The notes beneath the pieces are model-generated. The model was not told where the DNA came from. It searched no databases and saw nothing but the letters and a program-made list of their open reading frames with translations. A stretch of 62,375 nucleotides of DNA, the filler included, from Globobulimina sp. (lineage: Eukaryota): NCBI GenBank assembly GCA_003354225.1. It is 38 parts of 38 records of this genome, joined end to end, with 100 filler letters (N's around TTAATTAATTAA, not from the genome) between each part and the next. Parts side by side here need not be neighbours in the genome. Positions count along the whole stretch, not along the records: positions 19,741 to 21,284 come from PIVH01015027.1; positions 21,385 to 22,928 come from PIVH01015028.1; positions 23,029 to 24,572 come from PIVH01015029.1; positions 24,673 to 26,216 come from PIVH01015030.1; positions 26,317 to 27,860 come from PIVH01015031.1; positions 27,961 to 29,504 come from PIVH01015032.1; positions 29,605 to 31,148 come from PIVH01015033.1; 31 more parts are not named here. One strand, 5' to 3'. Position numbers and translations under genes: made by a program. Numbering within the stretch: the first letter of the stretch is position 1; the number at the start of each line of letters is the position of its first letter. Of the stretch, positions 19,741 through 31,038 are shown in pieces.

Positions 19741-21284
19741 AGAAAATAACACCGGTTCCTGCGGGATAATGGATAGCGATTTACGCAAATCCTGCAAACC
19801 CAAATTCAAACAGTTAATGTCATCTATTTCGATAATAGATTGCGGTGCGGGTTCGACCAAACGGAACAAAGTTAACAACAAACTACTTTTTCCAGCACCG
19901 GTTCTGCCACAAACTCCTACTTTTTCCCCACTGTTAATCGTCAATGACAAGCCACGTAATACATAATCCAAATCCTTCCTATATCTCATTTTTAAATTTT
20001 TAATCACAATTTTGCCAAAAACTGGCCATTTTTTGGGTGCCCGATACGAATAATTTAGCTCTTGTGCTTCTGCGGTTATTTCCGAAACTTCTTTTTGTTC
20101 TTCTTCTGGTTTTATATCTGTATCCGACTGTTTTTTATGATGTTTATTTAGCGCAGTTTCATAAAATAATAACCTCTCAACCGCAGTAAAAGCCTTTTCA
20201 ACATCTACCGATGTCCGAATTGCCCATTGCAGCATTCCCAACATTGCATATCCATAAACTACAGACAATGACAACAACGCTGCTTCGAAATCATTGCGGA
20301 AAAACGTACAAAACAAAGTCAAACACAATAAAAATATAACAATGAGCAAATCCATATAAGTGCCAAACCACCGCACTCCCATATGTTCAGCCAAAAATAT
20401 CTTATGATTGATGCGAACTTTTCGACGCATATTTTTCAAAAAAATAACTTCCGAAGTCTTATACGCTCGAATTGTGTCCAAACCGATCAATGTTTCGCTA
20501 AATTGTGCGATTACCGGAGTAGTGGTGACCTGATCCAATCTCTTTATGTCTGACGATGATAAACGAAAATATTTCTGTAAGTAATATAAAAGCGGTATGA
20601 CCACAACCATTAAAAATATACTCCACGGCATAGATATCATAATAACAATCAAATAACCAATTACTTGCAATCCCTGCTGCGAAAAGTTAGTAAAATGCAT
20701 TACCAAATCACTGTCCATCTCGTTCGTATCCTTACTAAATCTGTTCAAAATTCTGCCCGTTGGCGTACTATCAAAATACGACATTGGTGCTCGAAGCACA
20801 CAAAATAAAGTTTTCTGATGCAATGACTGTGCCGCACGGTTCGATAACCAACCAAATAAATATGACGACGTAAAAGTTAATATAGTCAACGCGCCGATAA
20901 ATAGGCTCCAGATCGCGAGCCACATTTCGCTGTTCAAGGCAGGGAATCTATGGACGTCAGCCTCTTCGGCCCAGAATGCCAACCATATATCGCTTCCACT
21001 CACCAATGTTTGCGATAAAAGCAACAGAAATATCTCCAAAATCATCAACAAAACGCCTGGACTGCACACGCCTGATTTGGTGCTCATATCGTCATTGATT
21101 ACTTGGTTATGGTCGAATACATTGACTGCGTTGCTGAAATAACGTGTGTACACATTCCATTTCACCATTCCAGATTTGCGATCTTCTGCAGATGTCAACT
21201 TACCACGTTTTGCTGCATCATCGTCGATGGTACCATACCCTTTTATGGCTGATTTGATTTTGGTTGCTATTTTGGGTTTATTTT
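19741..21284 (-). CDS. ABCC/MRP-family ABC transporter, TMD2-NBD2 fragment
   Basis: APMSYFDSTPTGRILNRFSKD, AVERL, EKVGVCGRTGAGKSS, LRKSLSIIPQEPVLFS. Confidence 0.96.
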
Positions 21285-21384
21285 NNNNNNNNNNNNNNNN
21301 NNNNNNNNNNNNNNNNNNNNNNNNNNNNTTAATTAATTAANNNNNNNNNNNNNNNNNNNNNNNNNNNNNNNNNNNNNNNNNNNN

Positions 21385-21553
21385 TTATTTCTTTTGCAAG
21401 CTGTTCAAGTTTATCTTTATTTCGTCGAATTAATGCAATATTATAGCCTGATTTGGCAAAGCGTAATGTCAATGAACGACCCATTCCAGGCCCTACACCA
21501 ACTACAATTGCGCATCCGTTGGGAGAATCCGTTTTGGACTCATCACTGGCCAT
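21385..21553 (-). CDS. Short-chain dehydrogenase/reductase, N-terminus
   Basis: AIVVGVGPGMGRSLTLRFAKSGYNIALIRR Rossmann motif. Confidence 0.85.
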
Positions 21554-21615
21554 TTTGAAGTAGTATTGTCAATGGGTTTTTTGCTTTGGAAATCAACGAA
21601 AAGATTTATAGCATA

Positions 21616-22518
21616 ATGTGTGAATGTGATCCCAGTTCACAAGATCCGATGGCAGTGGTCAATGCCATTAAAAATAGTAAAAATGTATCAATTGGGAAGG
21701 TTAAGGATCATAAATTATTTGTAATTGGAGCAGGTTTGGGTCGAACAGGAACCGCCACCATTTCAAAGGTTTTGAATGATTTAGGTTTTAACACGCATAA
21801 TTGTCATCAACTTATGCATGGACATCATTACAATGAATGGTATTATATATCATTAATGACACCATCATTGAGAGCATGCCTGGGTGTTTGGGATCATTTA
21901 TATTCAAATCCGATTGGATATGACGCCGCCGTTGATTTTCCGACAAGCATTTATTGCGAGGAAATATATAATTATTATAAATCAAAAGGACAATGCCCCA
22001 AAGTGATCCTTACCATAAAGGCTGATGAGAATGAATGGTATCAATCTACGAAAGAAACAATTTATGATTTGTATAAAGTGAGAAAACGTTTTTATTGGAA
22101 TTATGTGAAAAAGATGAAAAAAGGAAATACCTTTTTAAGTGTACAATGGAATGGTTTATTTAATGGTTTATTTGAAAATAAAAGTGATGCCATTTATATT
22201 TATCGTAAACATAATGAATATATAAAGAAAGTTATCCCAAAAAGTGATTTATTAGTTGTAGATTTTGAGAATAAACAGGGCTATAAAGCTATTATGGAAT
22301 TCTTAGATATTAAGGATAAAACATTAAGAGAAAAATATGAAAATGAACCATTGCCACATTGCAATAAAAGGGAAAGAATAAAAAATTTGGTGCTAATACA
22401 TGAGCAAAAAGCAGATAGATTTAATGCAGTTTGTTTAACAATGACAATGTTAACGATTTCAATTTTAGGCTATATTGGATACACCGCATTATTTAAAAAT
22501 GATAACAAAAAAAAATAA
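21616..22518 (+). CDS. Sulfotransferase-family (Sulfotransfer_4-like) P-loop protein with C-terminal TM
   Basis: VIGAGLGRTGT, YDAAVDFP, PKVILT, WYQS, HNEYIKKVIP, PLPHCN. Hydrophobic tail. Confidence 0.88.
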   Translation: MCECDPSSQDPMAVVNAIKNSKNVSIGKVKDHKLFVIGAGLGRTGTATISKVLNDLGFNTHNCHQLMHGHHYNEWYYISLMTPSLRACLGVWDHLYSNPIGYDAAVDFPTSIYCEEIYNYYKSKGQCPKVILTIKADENEWYQSTKETIYDLYKVRKRFYWNYVKKMKKGNTFLSVQWNGLFNGLFENKSDAIYIYRKHNEYIKKVIPKSDLLVVDFENKQGYKAIMEFLDIKDKTLREKYENEPLPHCNKRERIKNLVLIHEQKADRFNAVCLTMTMLTISILGYIGYTALFKNDNKKK

Positions 22519-22577
22519 CCATTTCACAACAGTTTTTTTTAAATTATATATTTTAAACCTATTTTCCTTCAGACTGT

Positions 22578-22928
22578 ATGTCATTAATAAGGTCAACAGA
22601 AGCAAAAATACAAAGTTTAGATCAAGACGATAATGAAGATGAGTTTAAAGAATCCAAAACAACCTCAATGATTTATTGTGAACAAATAAGATTAAATGTT
22701 GGAGGAACCAAATATCGAACTGCATTATCAACGTTATGCAAGTTTAAAAATAGTGTCTTGGGCAAAATGTTTGAAGGTAAATTCTCACTGAAACCGAGTG
22801 AAGATGGTTCATATTTTATTGATAGAAATGGCAAGTATTTTGAATACATTTTGGATTATTTAAGAGATGGCTATTTGATTATTCCCAACACAGATCGTGA
22901 ATTTGTGTTAAATAAATTATTGGCTGAA
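22578..22928 (+). CDS. KCTD-type BTB/POZ protein, 3'-partial
   Basis: IRLNVGGTKYRTALSTL...YFIDRNGKYFEYILDYLRDG. Confidence 0.93.
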
Positions 22929-23028
22929 NNNNNNNNNNNNNNNNNNNNNNNNNNNNNNNNNNNNNNNNNNNNTTAATTAATTAANNNNNNNNNNNNNNNN
23001 NNNNNNNNNNNNNNNNNNNNNNNNNNNN

Positions 23029-23551
23029 ATTCAATGTCTCCATCGTCGCATTCCTGTTTTTCATCCAATATACTGCCGAATGACGGATTAAGGTTCTTTA
23101 TTGAAGCAAATCGCGCTAAATTTATTGATGAATAATCGTTAATGGCACATAAATCCAATGTCTTTAACATATTCGGTGAATTACAGGCAATGAAAACATA
23201 TCTATTTGTTTTTTCAAATTGAAAATATTCGTTTTGCTCAAGAAATGATGAAATAAATCCAATTAATGCTTTTGGTAATTCCTCTAATTTAGTATTTATT
23301 GTTGATACTTGTCTTGGTTTTGTTTTTCTTGCTTGTATAATTTGTGATAATTCTGAATTAATATTATTTAAATCATCAACATTAGGATTTGTTATTGATG
23401 GGGGATCCATAAAATAATTAAACAATGCGGTTGAAATTAAGTCTGACTGATTGGAATCAAATATTTTACCCATTAATGATAGAAATTCAGGTTTCGATAA
23501 TTGTTCTATTAGGAATTTGAATGTTATTCCTTTTACAAGTTGCGTAGTCAT
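23029..23551 (-). CDS. F-box-like protein, 3'-partial
   Basis: LEELPKALIGFISSFL...EKTNR F-box-like motif. Confidence 0.6.
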
Positions 23552-23904
23552 AGCTTTTTTTTTTAGGAGTTTAAAAACTGCTAAATTAAGGGAAATACAT
23601 TCAACTTATTTTATACTTTTTTTCTGTGAATTTGTATTGGATTTTGATTCCTTTTCATAATAATTGCGAAAATTCAATAAATCTAAAAATAATACCCGCA
23701 AACAAAAACTTGCAGCACGCTATTTATAAAAATACGTGCAATGCAAACAAGAAAAAAAAAAAGAAATAATAACAATCATAAAATTATAAATATATAGAAA
23801 TGCCAGAGAGGAAAAACAGAGAAAAAAAAATTTTAAACATTATAAGTTATAACATTTTATATAACTCGTATGGTAATATAAATAATATGTACATAAATAA
23901 TTGA

Positions 23905-24572
23905 TTAACGTAAATGTTGTGAATGTATTAAATAACAATGAATTAAATCCATAAAATCGATACAAAATGCTGTGTCATCACATTTTGACAAATCCTTTGT
24001 TGATAAAGTTAAAAATCGTTGGAATCCAATACAAGTGTTGATATTACATGGTTCGATATGCTCTCTTATTTCTTGTCGAATTAATGTAAATTCAAACAAA
24101 TGATCACTTAAAATATGCTGATAATCATTCATTATGAATTTATAATATTGGCTCTCCATAATTTTCGCTGCGACAATTGCACGTTTTCCGTCATAGAAAC
24201 TTAATGAATGCCATTTTAAGGCCTTAATGATACGTTTTATCGCTTTACAACCTCCAATGTTTTGGCATTTATCACCAATATGAAATTGATTGTCGTTTTG
24301 GAATGTTGCAGCTCTTTGCATTTGTTGTGGAATAATAAGTGTACTGTTTGTTGTCGATGTATTATTTGATGACGATAAATGTGGACAACTTTTACTTTCA
24401 GTTTCTGATGTTGACGATGAATATGATTTACTTTTTGTGTTGTTCGATGTTGAGGTAAAATGTGAGCCATAATTGGAAATAAATTCCCGATTTTCACATT
24501 GTTTACATTGTGATTTTTTTTCAATTGGAAATATTTCTGTATTTTTTATAGATTTATTCAAATTTAGCGCAC
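23905..24572 (-). CDS. Hypothetical protein with Cys/His-patterned C-terminal domain, 5'-partial
   Basis: C..IGGC..IKRI...NDYQHIL..H...CNINTC...DLIHCYLIHS. Possibly metal-binding. Confidence 0.6.
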
Positions 24573-24672
24573 NNNNNNNNNNNNNNNNNNNNNNNNNNNN
24601 NNNNNNNNNNNNNNNNTTAATTAATTAANNNNNNNNNNNNNNNNNNNNNNNNNNNNNNNNNNNNNNNNNNNN

Positions 24673-24896
24673 ATTTCTTTTTTATATTTTGATATTTCTT
24701 TTTCATATTCTGATTCTTTTTTGCCGTGTGGTGGTATTTTTTTATTATGGTGTTGTTGTTCAACACGTGTATTTAATGCATCATTCGTTGGTTCTAAATA
24801 TCTTTCTTGTGTATCGTTGCTATTACTCTCGACCCCATTTGTTTTTAGATCGTCACATCTATCATTTTCATTTCCCGCTTGCTTTGGGTTAGACAT
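24673..24896 (-). CDS. Hypothetical protein N-terminus
   Basis: ATG at 24896, open to contig edge. Confidence 0.45.
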
Positions 24897-25048
24897 TAGA
24901 AAAAAATAAAAAATGTGTTGTTGGTTGTTAAAAAATACTCCAAAGAGCTAGTGCGTAAACAATAATTATGCGTCTTCCCATTATGTATGGATGATATTTA
25001 GAAAAAAAAACAAAAACAAAACAATTTAGTCTAAATTGACAATGAACA

Positions 25049-26010
25049 TTATTCCGCTTTCAATGCTTTCTTTAGTAAAGTAAATGATTTGGGATACCAT
25101 GAAATCATTTCTTGTTTCAATTTCTTCACATTTTGTATTGAACCATGTTCTGCATTTTCAATGTGAGTAATGATTTTATATCGTTTTACCTCACCATATT
25201 TTTCATTTGTTGTTGCTTCCACGGTAGCAATGCCATTCTCATCCACAACAAATGAAAATTGAACGTTATCACATGTTTCCACCTGACGTGGCTTAATATC
25301 TTCAATCGTAATTTTACCCAAAAAATGATTATCTTTTACATAATGATGGCCGCCTTCATATAATCCTAAATCTAATGTTGTATCATCTGCCATTACCTGA
25401 CACACTGAGATTGGTTTTTGCTGCATTCCAAAAGGACTATCTTTGGGCAAAATTACTCTCATTACACCACAATCAATATAGTCTCCATCGCCATCTCTGT
25501 CCTCTGTGTCGGCAACACATGATTCAAAACCTAACGACAACGGAATAACATCAGTGAGTACCACATCTTTGTATTTATCCTCAGATTGTCCATTATTGAA
25601 TGCTAGCGCACCGCCAACAATTCCGCATCCCGTCACAACCATTAATTGAGCATCGATATCGGGGAAAACCAATATATCACCAAACGTATCTCGTAGTGAT
25701 GTTTGTATTATGGGTATTTTACTGGAACCCCCAATCATTAAAATCATTCGAATGTTGCCTTGTTTTGTACCAATTGCATCATTCACAGAATCAATGGTGA
25801 GTTGAACTAATTTTTTTGTTTTTGGATGCTGCTCGAATTCATCTCTTGTGATAGTCACCGATTTTGCTTCGCCGTCATCATTTTCTAAGATTAATTCATA
25901 TTCAATCAAATGAGTTAAATCAATTTTAATCTCCTCCGATATTTTTACTATTTTTGAATACATATTATTGGACATTTCAGTCAATGCATGTTGTTTTTTA
26001 AACAGAACAT
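25049..26010 (-). CDS. Divergent Hsp70-family protein, C-terminal part
   Basis: ITRDEFE, ILMIGGSSKIPIIQ, DVIPLSLG, LYEG..YVKDNHFLG, FVVDENGI. The 5' part of ORF 25049..26107 is not Hsp70-like. Confidence 0.85.
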
Positions 26011-26317
26011 TGTAGGTGTGCGTGAGAGTGTGACCCACCAAAAAAAAATTGAGGGGGGCCCTGGATGGCCCATCAAGGTTGCATGGTTGCATAGACAGGT
26101 AAAACAAGTTTTGTCTCGCTATTCGGGCTGTCTATCCAGTAGATAGGCATGTGGTTAGGTCGTCTCCCCAACATTGCCAAATCTTCTTTTTTATTGATTG
26201 CTGTAGAAGTCCCATANNNNNNNNNNNNNNNNNNNNNNNNNNNNNNNNNNNNNNNNNNNNTTAATTAATTAANNNNNNNNNNNNNNNNNNNNNNNNNNNN
26301 NNNNNNNNNNNNNNNNT

Positions 26318-27662
26318 TTACGACAAAAAATTGAAATATCAAATATATTGGCAGGCAGGGATGTGTATATTGTGGAATGTGTTCGATCTCCATTGGGTCG
26401 TGGAAAGAAAACTGGATCACTCCATGGAATAAGACCCGTCGATTTATTGGCAAGAGCATTGCGTGAAGTGGTGCGTCGAGCAAATGTAGATAGCAAATAT
26501 ATAGAAGATGTGGTAACAGGTTGTGTGATACCAACAGGAGAACAAGGTGGGAATATTGCTCGCTTAGCACTATTACAAGCCGGCTTTCCTTGCACTGTGC
26601 CTGGTGTTCAAATAGATCGCCAATGTGGTTCGTCACAACAAGCAGTGCACTTTATAGCACAGGCCATTTCTTGCGGTGATATGGAGTTAGGCATCGCATC
26701 CGGCATTGAAATGTTGTCTGTAAATCCAATGGGAAAGAACGCGGAAACAGCCGCAGCGCAACAAAAATTATTATCTGATTTCCCATTTAGATTAACCACA
26801 CAACACGAATCTGCAGAAGCTGTTGGTATAAAATATAATGTAACACGTGATGAGTGTGACCAATTTGCATTTGATTCTCATACAAAAGCAGGCATTGCCA
26901 CAAAGAACGGATGGTATAAAAGCCAAATATTCACAATAAAGAATCCTCGAACTGGTTTAATTGTTGATGGTGATGAAGGTATGTCGATCAATAAAAGTTT
27001 TGTTTTTGATGGGTTCGATGCAATGAGAGGTTGCATACTGTACACAATTCAAATATATACAAAAAACACGTATATACGTTTGATATTAATTAGGCATTCG
27101 ATATCCAGCTCAAATGTCAAAAATAAAAAAATAAAAAAGTTTATTTAAAAAAAGTACTAATAATGGGGTAGTATCTGCAGGTACAGCCTCACAAATAACT
27201 GATGGTTCAGCAGCAATTTTGTTGGCATCGGCCTCCGCTGTAAAGAAATATGGTTTAAAAGTAAGAGCAAAAGTCATTTCTCGAGTTGTTGTGGGAAGTG
27301 ATCCAATATTAATGTTAGACGGCGTGATTGAAGCAACTCGGAAAGCTGTACAAAAAGTGAACATGTCATTGGATGACATTGATTTGTTTGAAGTGAATGA
27401 AGCATTTGCAGTGGTTCCAATAACATGGTTGAAAACATTAAAGATTGATGCAAACAAATTAAATGTTTGTGGTGGTGCTGTAGCTCATGGACATCCATTA
27501 GGTGCCACTGGATGTATATTAATGACAAAACTGGTGAATGATTTGGAACGGACAAACAAATCATATGGATTGCAAACAATGTGTGAAGGCGGCGGCATGG
27601 CAAATGCAACTATTATACAAAGATGTAATTCCGTTGATAACCAAATAACATCCAAATTATAA
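26318..27662 (+). pseudogene. Acetyl-CoA acyltransferase (thiolase), bacterial-type, intron 26979-27093, in-frame TAA at 27132-27134
   Basis: IDRQCGSSQQA, FEVNEAFA, HGHPLGATG, TMCEGGGMA motifs. Spliced frame DE-GIRYP..KIKK*KSLF..VVSAGTASQITDG. Confidence 0.8.
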
Positions 27663-27960
27663 ATATATATTACATGCAAGTTTTTAACCAATATTACAAT
27701 GGCGGTCAGTTTTTATTTTACAAAAGTTCATAATTTGTGATTTCTATCTCCTGATTCTGTCTACACATACAAATCGCAAAAGTAAATTTTTTACAATTAT
27801 CCAATAATGTTCTTGTTTCTGCTTTTCTTTCATTATAATAAATTATTAACTCATTCTTTANNNNNNNNNNNNNNNNNNNNNNNNNNNNNNNNNNNNNNNN
27901 NNNNTTAATTAATTAANNNNNNNNNNNNNNNNNNNNNNNNNNNNNNNNNNNNNNNNNNNN

Positions 27961-28202
27961 GACCATATTCCAGTTTGAATTTGCATGAAACGTATCTTGT
28001 AAATTCCATCTTCATCATAAAAACCTGGAACATGAAACGTTTCATCATTTTAGAGAAATCTGCAAATAATTCACATCGACGAATGAATTTCCATCTGGTG
28101 GCCGCTTTAATTGCAACTCAAATAGATCCCATTTTCCACTGAAAATTCCACCTGAGACAGCAAATAGATATAACGGAAGCACTGCGAAATGGTTTCGGTC
28201 AT
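27961..28202 (-). pseudogene. DUF5060-like (glycoside hydrolase-associated N-terminal domain) pseudogene
   Basis: Frameshifted pieces SVE/WDLFELQLKRPPDGNSFVDV/FHVPGFYDEDGIYKIRFM..QTGIW. Confidence 0.6.
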
Positions 28203-28273
28203 GTTTTTTACTAAGATATTATTTATACACTTGCTTATAAAATTTTTGAGCTTAATATTTTTCACAATTGATA

Positions 28274-29098
28274 ATGGCGGATCCAGCCACTAAACGAAGG
28301 AAATTGAATAATGACCAACGATGTGATGAAGATTGTGTGCCTGCATTGGAAGAGTGTGTATCGACGAATAGTCGTTTGAATTCCAAGAAACGTGGATTTT
28401 TTAAGAAAACAAGAACATGCAAACCAAATAATGATAACAACGAAAATAGAAACATGGCACCGGTTTATAACAATAATAAGAAGGAGAAAATCAGTGATAA
28501 TTATTATAATGATCAGGATTATAAACAAGAATTAGAGTTAGCAGAGAATGATGGTTATGATGATGTATATGTTTCCGATGAAGACCAAATGAGAGATATT
28601 TGTAAAAAATTAAAGATTGCCAAAGGAATGCATATTGGAATAAAATTGTATGGTTTTGTCAATCATTTGCATGTTTACCAAGAAATATTTCGATTGACTA
28701 AGATTGATAATGATAAGCAAAGAAATTTTACGGTTCGAGCATTCAATTCGAATAAATTGAGGGATATTAAAAGTAAAATACAGAGCGAAGGAAAAACTGG
28801 AAAAAAGGATGAAATGATACAGGGAATTTGTAAGAAATTAATAGAATTTAAAAAATATTATCAACCAAATATTGAAAATAATAATCATAATGATAATATT
28901 CATCATAATGATGAAGGATATGAGGCTCGAAAATGTGATGGATGTGGTTTAACGAATGAATTGTTAATAAATATATGTCCAGACTGTCAATATGGAGTTT
29001 GTGAAACTTGTGAAGTTGATCGATTACGAGGAACATGTTTTTGTCAAGATTTTAATTTTGGCAGTCGGTATCCTCCAAGTATTATTAATCCGAATTAA
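28274..29098 (+). CDS. Hypothetical protein with NLS and C-terminal Cys cluster
   Basis: PATKRRKL. CDGC..CPDC..CETC..GTCFC zinc-finger-like. Confidence 0.65.
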   Translation: MADPATKRRKLNNDQRCDEDCVPALEECVSTNSRLNSKKRGFFKKTRTCKPNNDNNENRNMAPVYNNNKKEKISDNYYNDQDYKQELELAENDGYDDVYVSDEDQMRDICKKLKIAKGMHIGIKLYGFVNHLHVYQEIFRLTKIDNDKQRNFTVRAFNSNKLRDIKSKIQSEGKTGKKDEMIQGICKKLIEFKKYYQPNIENNNHNDNIHHNDEGYEARKCDGCGLTNELLINICPDCQYGVCETCEVDRLRGTCFCQDFNFGSRYPPSIINPN

Positions 29099-29205
29099 AG
29101 TTTCAAATCAATCAACATATTTAAATCATGCGTCTCGATTTTTATTGTTTACAAATAATATTAATTTGTTGTTAAAGATTTAGTCTTTCTTTTTTCAACG
29201 TAACA

Positions 29206-29504
29206 ATGACAACTCTGCGTTATAAAGAAAAGTTGAATGAACTCGTCATGTCATCGCAAATCGTGAATGATGTTGTTGCGTTGCTTCAATTTGTTCCAAT
29301 GAATAAAATCCAAGTCTTCCTTCAAGATCAAATATCGACATTTGACCGCAAAACGTTGCGATCAGCATATTGCAGAGCAACATCAATTATGGATCTGTTG
29401 CCTGACGATATCATGCAATTTATTGAATCATTCACCCAAAATCCATTACATTCGACAATAAGCAAACCATGGAAACAATTTCATGAAACTAATAATAAAA
29501 ATCG
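29206..29504 (+). CDS. F-box-like protein N-terminus
   Basis: SIMDLLPDDIMQFIESF...ISKPW. Confidence 0.55.
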
Positions 29505-29604
29505 NNNNNNNNNNNNNNNNNNNNNNNNNNNNNNNNNNNNNNNNNNNNTTAATTAATTAANNNNNNNNNNNNNNNNNNNNNNNNNNNNNNNNNNNNNNNN
29601 NNNN

Positions 29605-30433
29605 TGAGATAAATAAAAAACATTTTACTGCGGATTCCATTAAACATGAAATAAAAATTAATGTTGAAAATGAACCGGAAAAATGGATAAATTTTGTTGC
29701 AAAACAATTATCGCCATTTTGCACACCAAATAAATCAAATAAATCAAATAATAATACAATTAATGAGAATGATACATATATTGTACTTGGAACGCAAATG
29801 ATGAGCGAAATAAAGACAGATTCAGCCATTACATCGTATATATTATCACTGCCAAATATAAATTTAAAAATTAGCACTGCTTATTTTAATTTAGCACAAA
29901 AATATAATGAAATCTTATTAAACACATATTGTAATACCTATCGACAACAAAATGGCAGTTTAGAGATATTGACTGCAGCACAGAAATGCAATTCTTTTTA
30001 TAACGCAAATGGTTTGGCCGGATACGTTACGCCTTTATATCAACATTTTGCGCAACAGTTTGAATATCAAATTCAAAATATCCATAATACCTACAAACAA
30101 ACTAATAATTTATTTAAATTACATCGCTATAATCGAGAAAATTGGACATTTCATGGGAAAGGAATATGGATTAATGATTTGAATAATAATTTTTCTTTGA
30201 CTATGATAGGCTCTTCAAACTATGGCGAAAGATCTGTTCATAGAGATTCCGAATTAAATTTTACAATTTTAACTAAAAATAAAGTGTTAAGATCAAGGTT
30301 AAAACAAGAATGGCTAACTTTAACTAAATATACTGATCAACAAAATAATTATGCACAAAGTCCAAATAAGTCCGATGAATCGCCTTCGTTTTTTGTAGGT
30401 TTAATGAGTGGTTTGGTTCAACATTTTATGTAA
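29605..30433 (+). CDS. PGS1: CDP-diacylglycerol-glycerol-3-phosphate 3-phosphatidyltransferase (PLD superfamily), 5'-partial
   Basis: STAYFNL, LTAAQKCNSFY, WTFHGKGIW, TMIGSSNYGERSVHRDSE. Confidence 0.9.
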
Positions 30434-30641
30434 TCTTAAAAACACAGACTCGGTGATGACTGTGTTGTTTCTTATCTTAGCTCAAGAACCAAACAGTTAA
30501 TTAAGGGTTCAATATTCCTCTATTTCAAAAAAAATAAAAAAAAAATGAACAGACACACTAATAAAACACATGGTTATTGCAGATAAATACGATTTTGGTA
30601 AGGCAAAAAATGTTTTATTTATTTATTCATTCATTTGATGA

Positions 30642-30807
30642 TTACAACTCGTCGAATTTTTGGAATTCCCATTCTTTGTTGTCTGTGTTTGCGAATATGC
30701 GTAGATATTAGATATTAGATATTATAGATAATGGATAAATGCCATACCCATAGGACATGTTCCTCGCGTTTTAAGCCATCTTGAAATGCAATGAAAATGG
30801 AATTGAT
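30642..30807 (-). CDS. RBX1: RING-box protein 1, 3' part only; intron 30683-30747; truncated at junction
   Basis: Not in the ORF track. [32 protein letters not shown] after splicing a GT-AG intron. Confidence 0.92.
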
Positions 30808-31038
30808 CTGCAACTAACCTATGATAAGACTTTTGGCAAGGATAAACCCTTTGAGCTCAACCGGAAGAACTATATGAACGCATCCTATGTGCTGTTTCAG
30901 TTACTAAGGAACAGAGAGCACCCTTGTAAGAGAGAAAACTTTTCTATCCTGAAGACGATTGAGAAGAGAAGGTTCCATGACAAGATTTGCTCTGAGCTAT
31001 TTAAACAGCTTGGTTGGAGGTTTACCTCAACCTTTTAG
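30805..31038 (+). CDS. NCLDV late transcription factor VLTF3, C-terminal fragment (iridovirus/Pimascovirales-like)
   Basis: RKNYMNASYVLFQLL...HPCKRENFSILKT.EKRRFHDKICSELFKQLGW matches the VLTF3 C-terminal pattern. Confidence 0.8.
   Translation, partial: DLQLTYDKTFGKDKPFELNRKNYMNASYVLFQLLRNREHPCKRENFSILKTIEKRRFHDKICSELFKQLGWRFTSTF

Noticed and set aside
27132-27134. Stop-codon reassignment (TAA as sense)
   Set aside because: TAA terminates many conserved genes here (MVK, RBX1, PGS1, thiolase), and long conserved ORFs lack internal TAA.
30781-30804. MKCNENGI as N-terminus of the VLTF3 ORF
   Set aside because: It is the antisense of RBX1 (FHFHCIS), not part of the viral gene.
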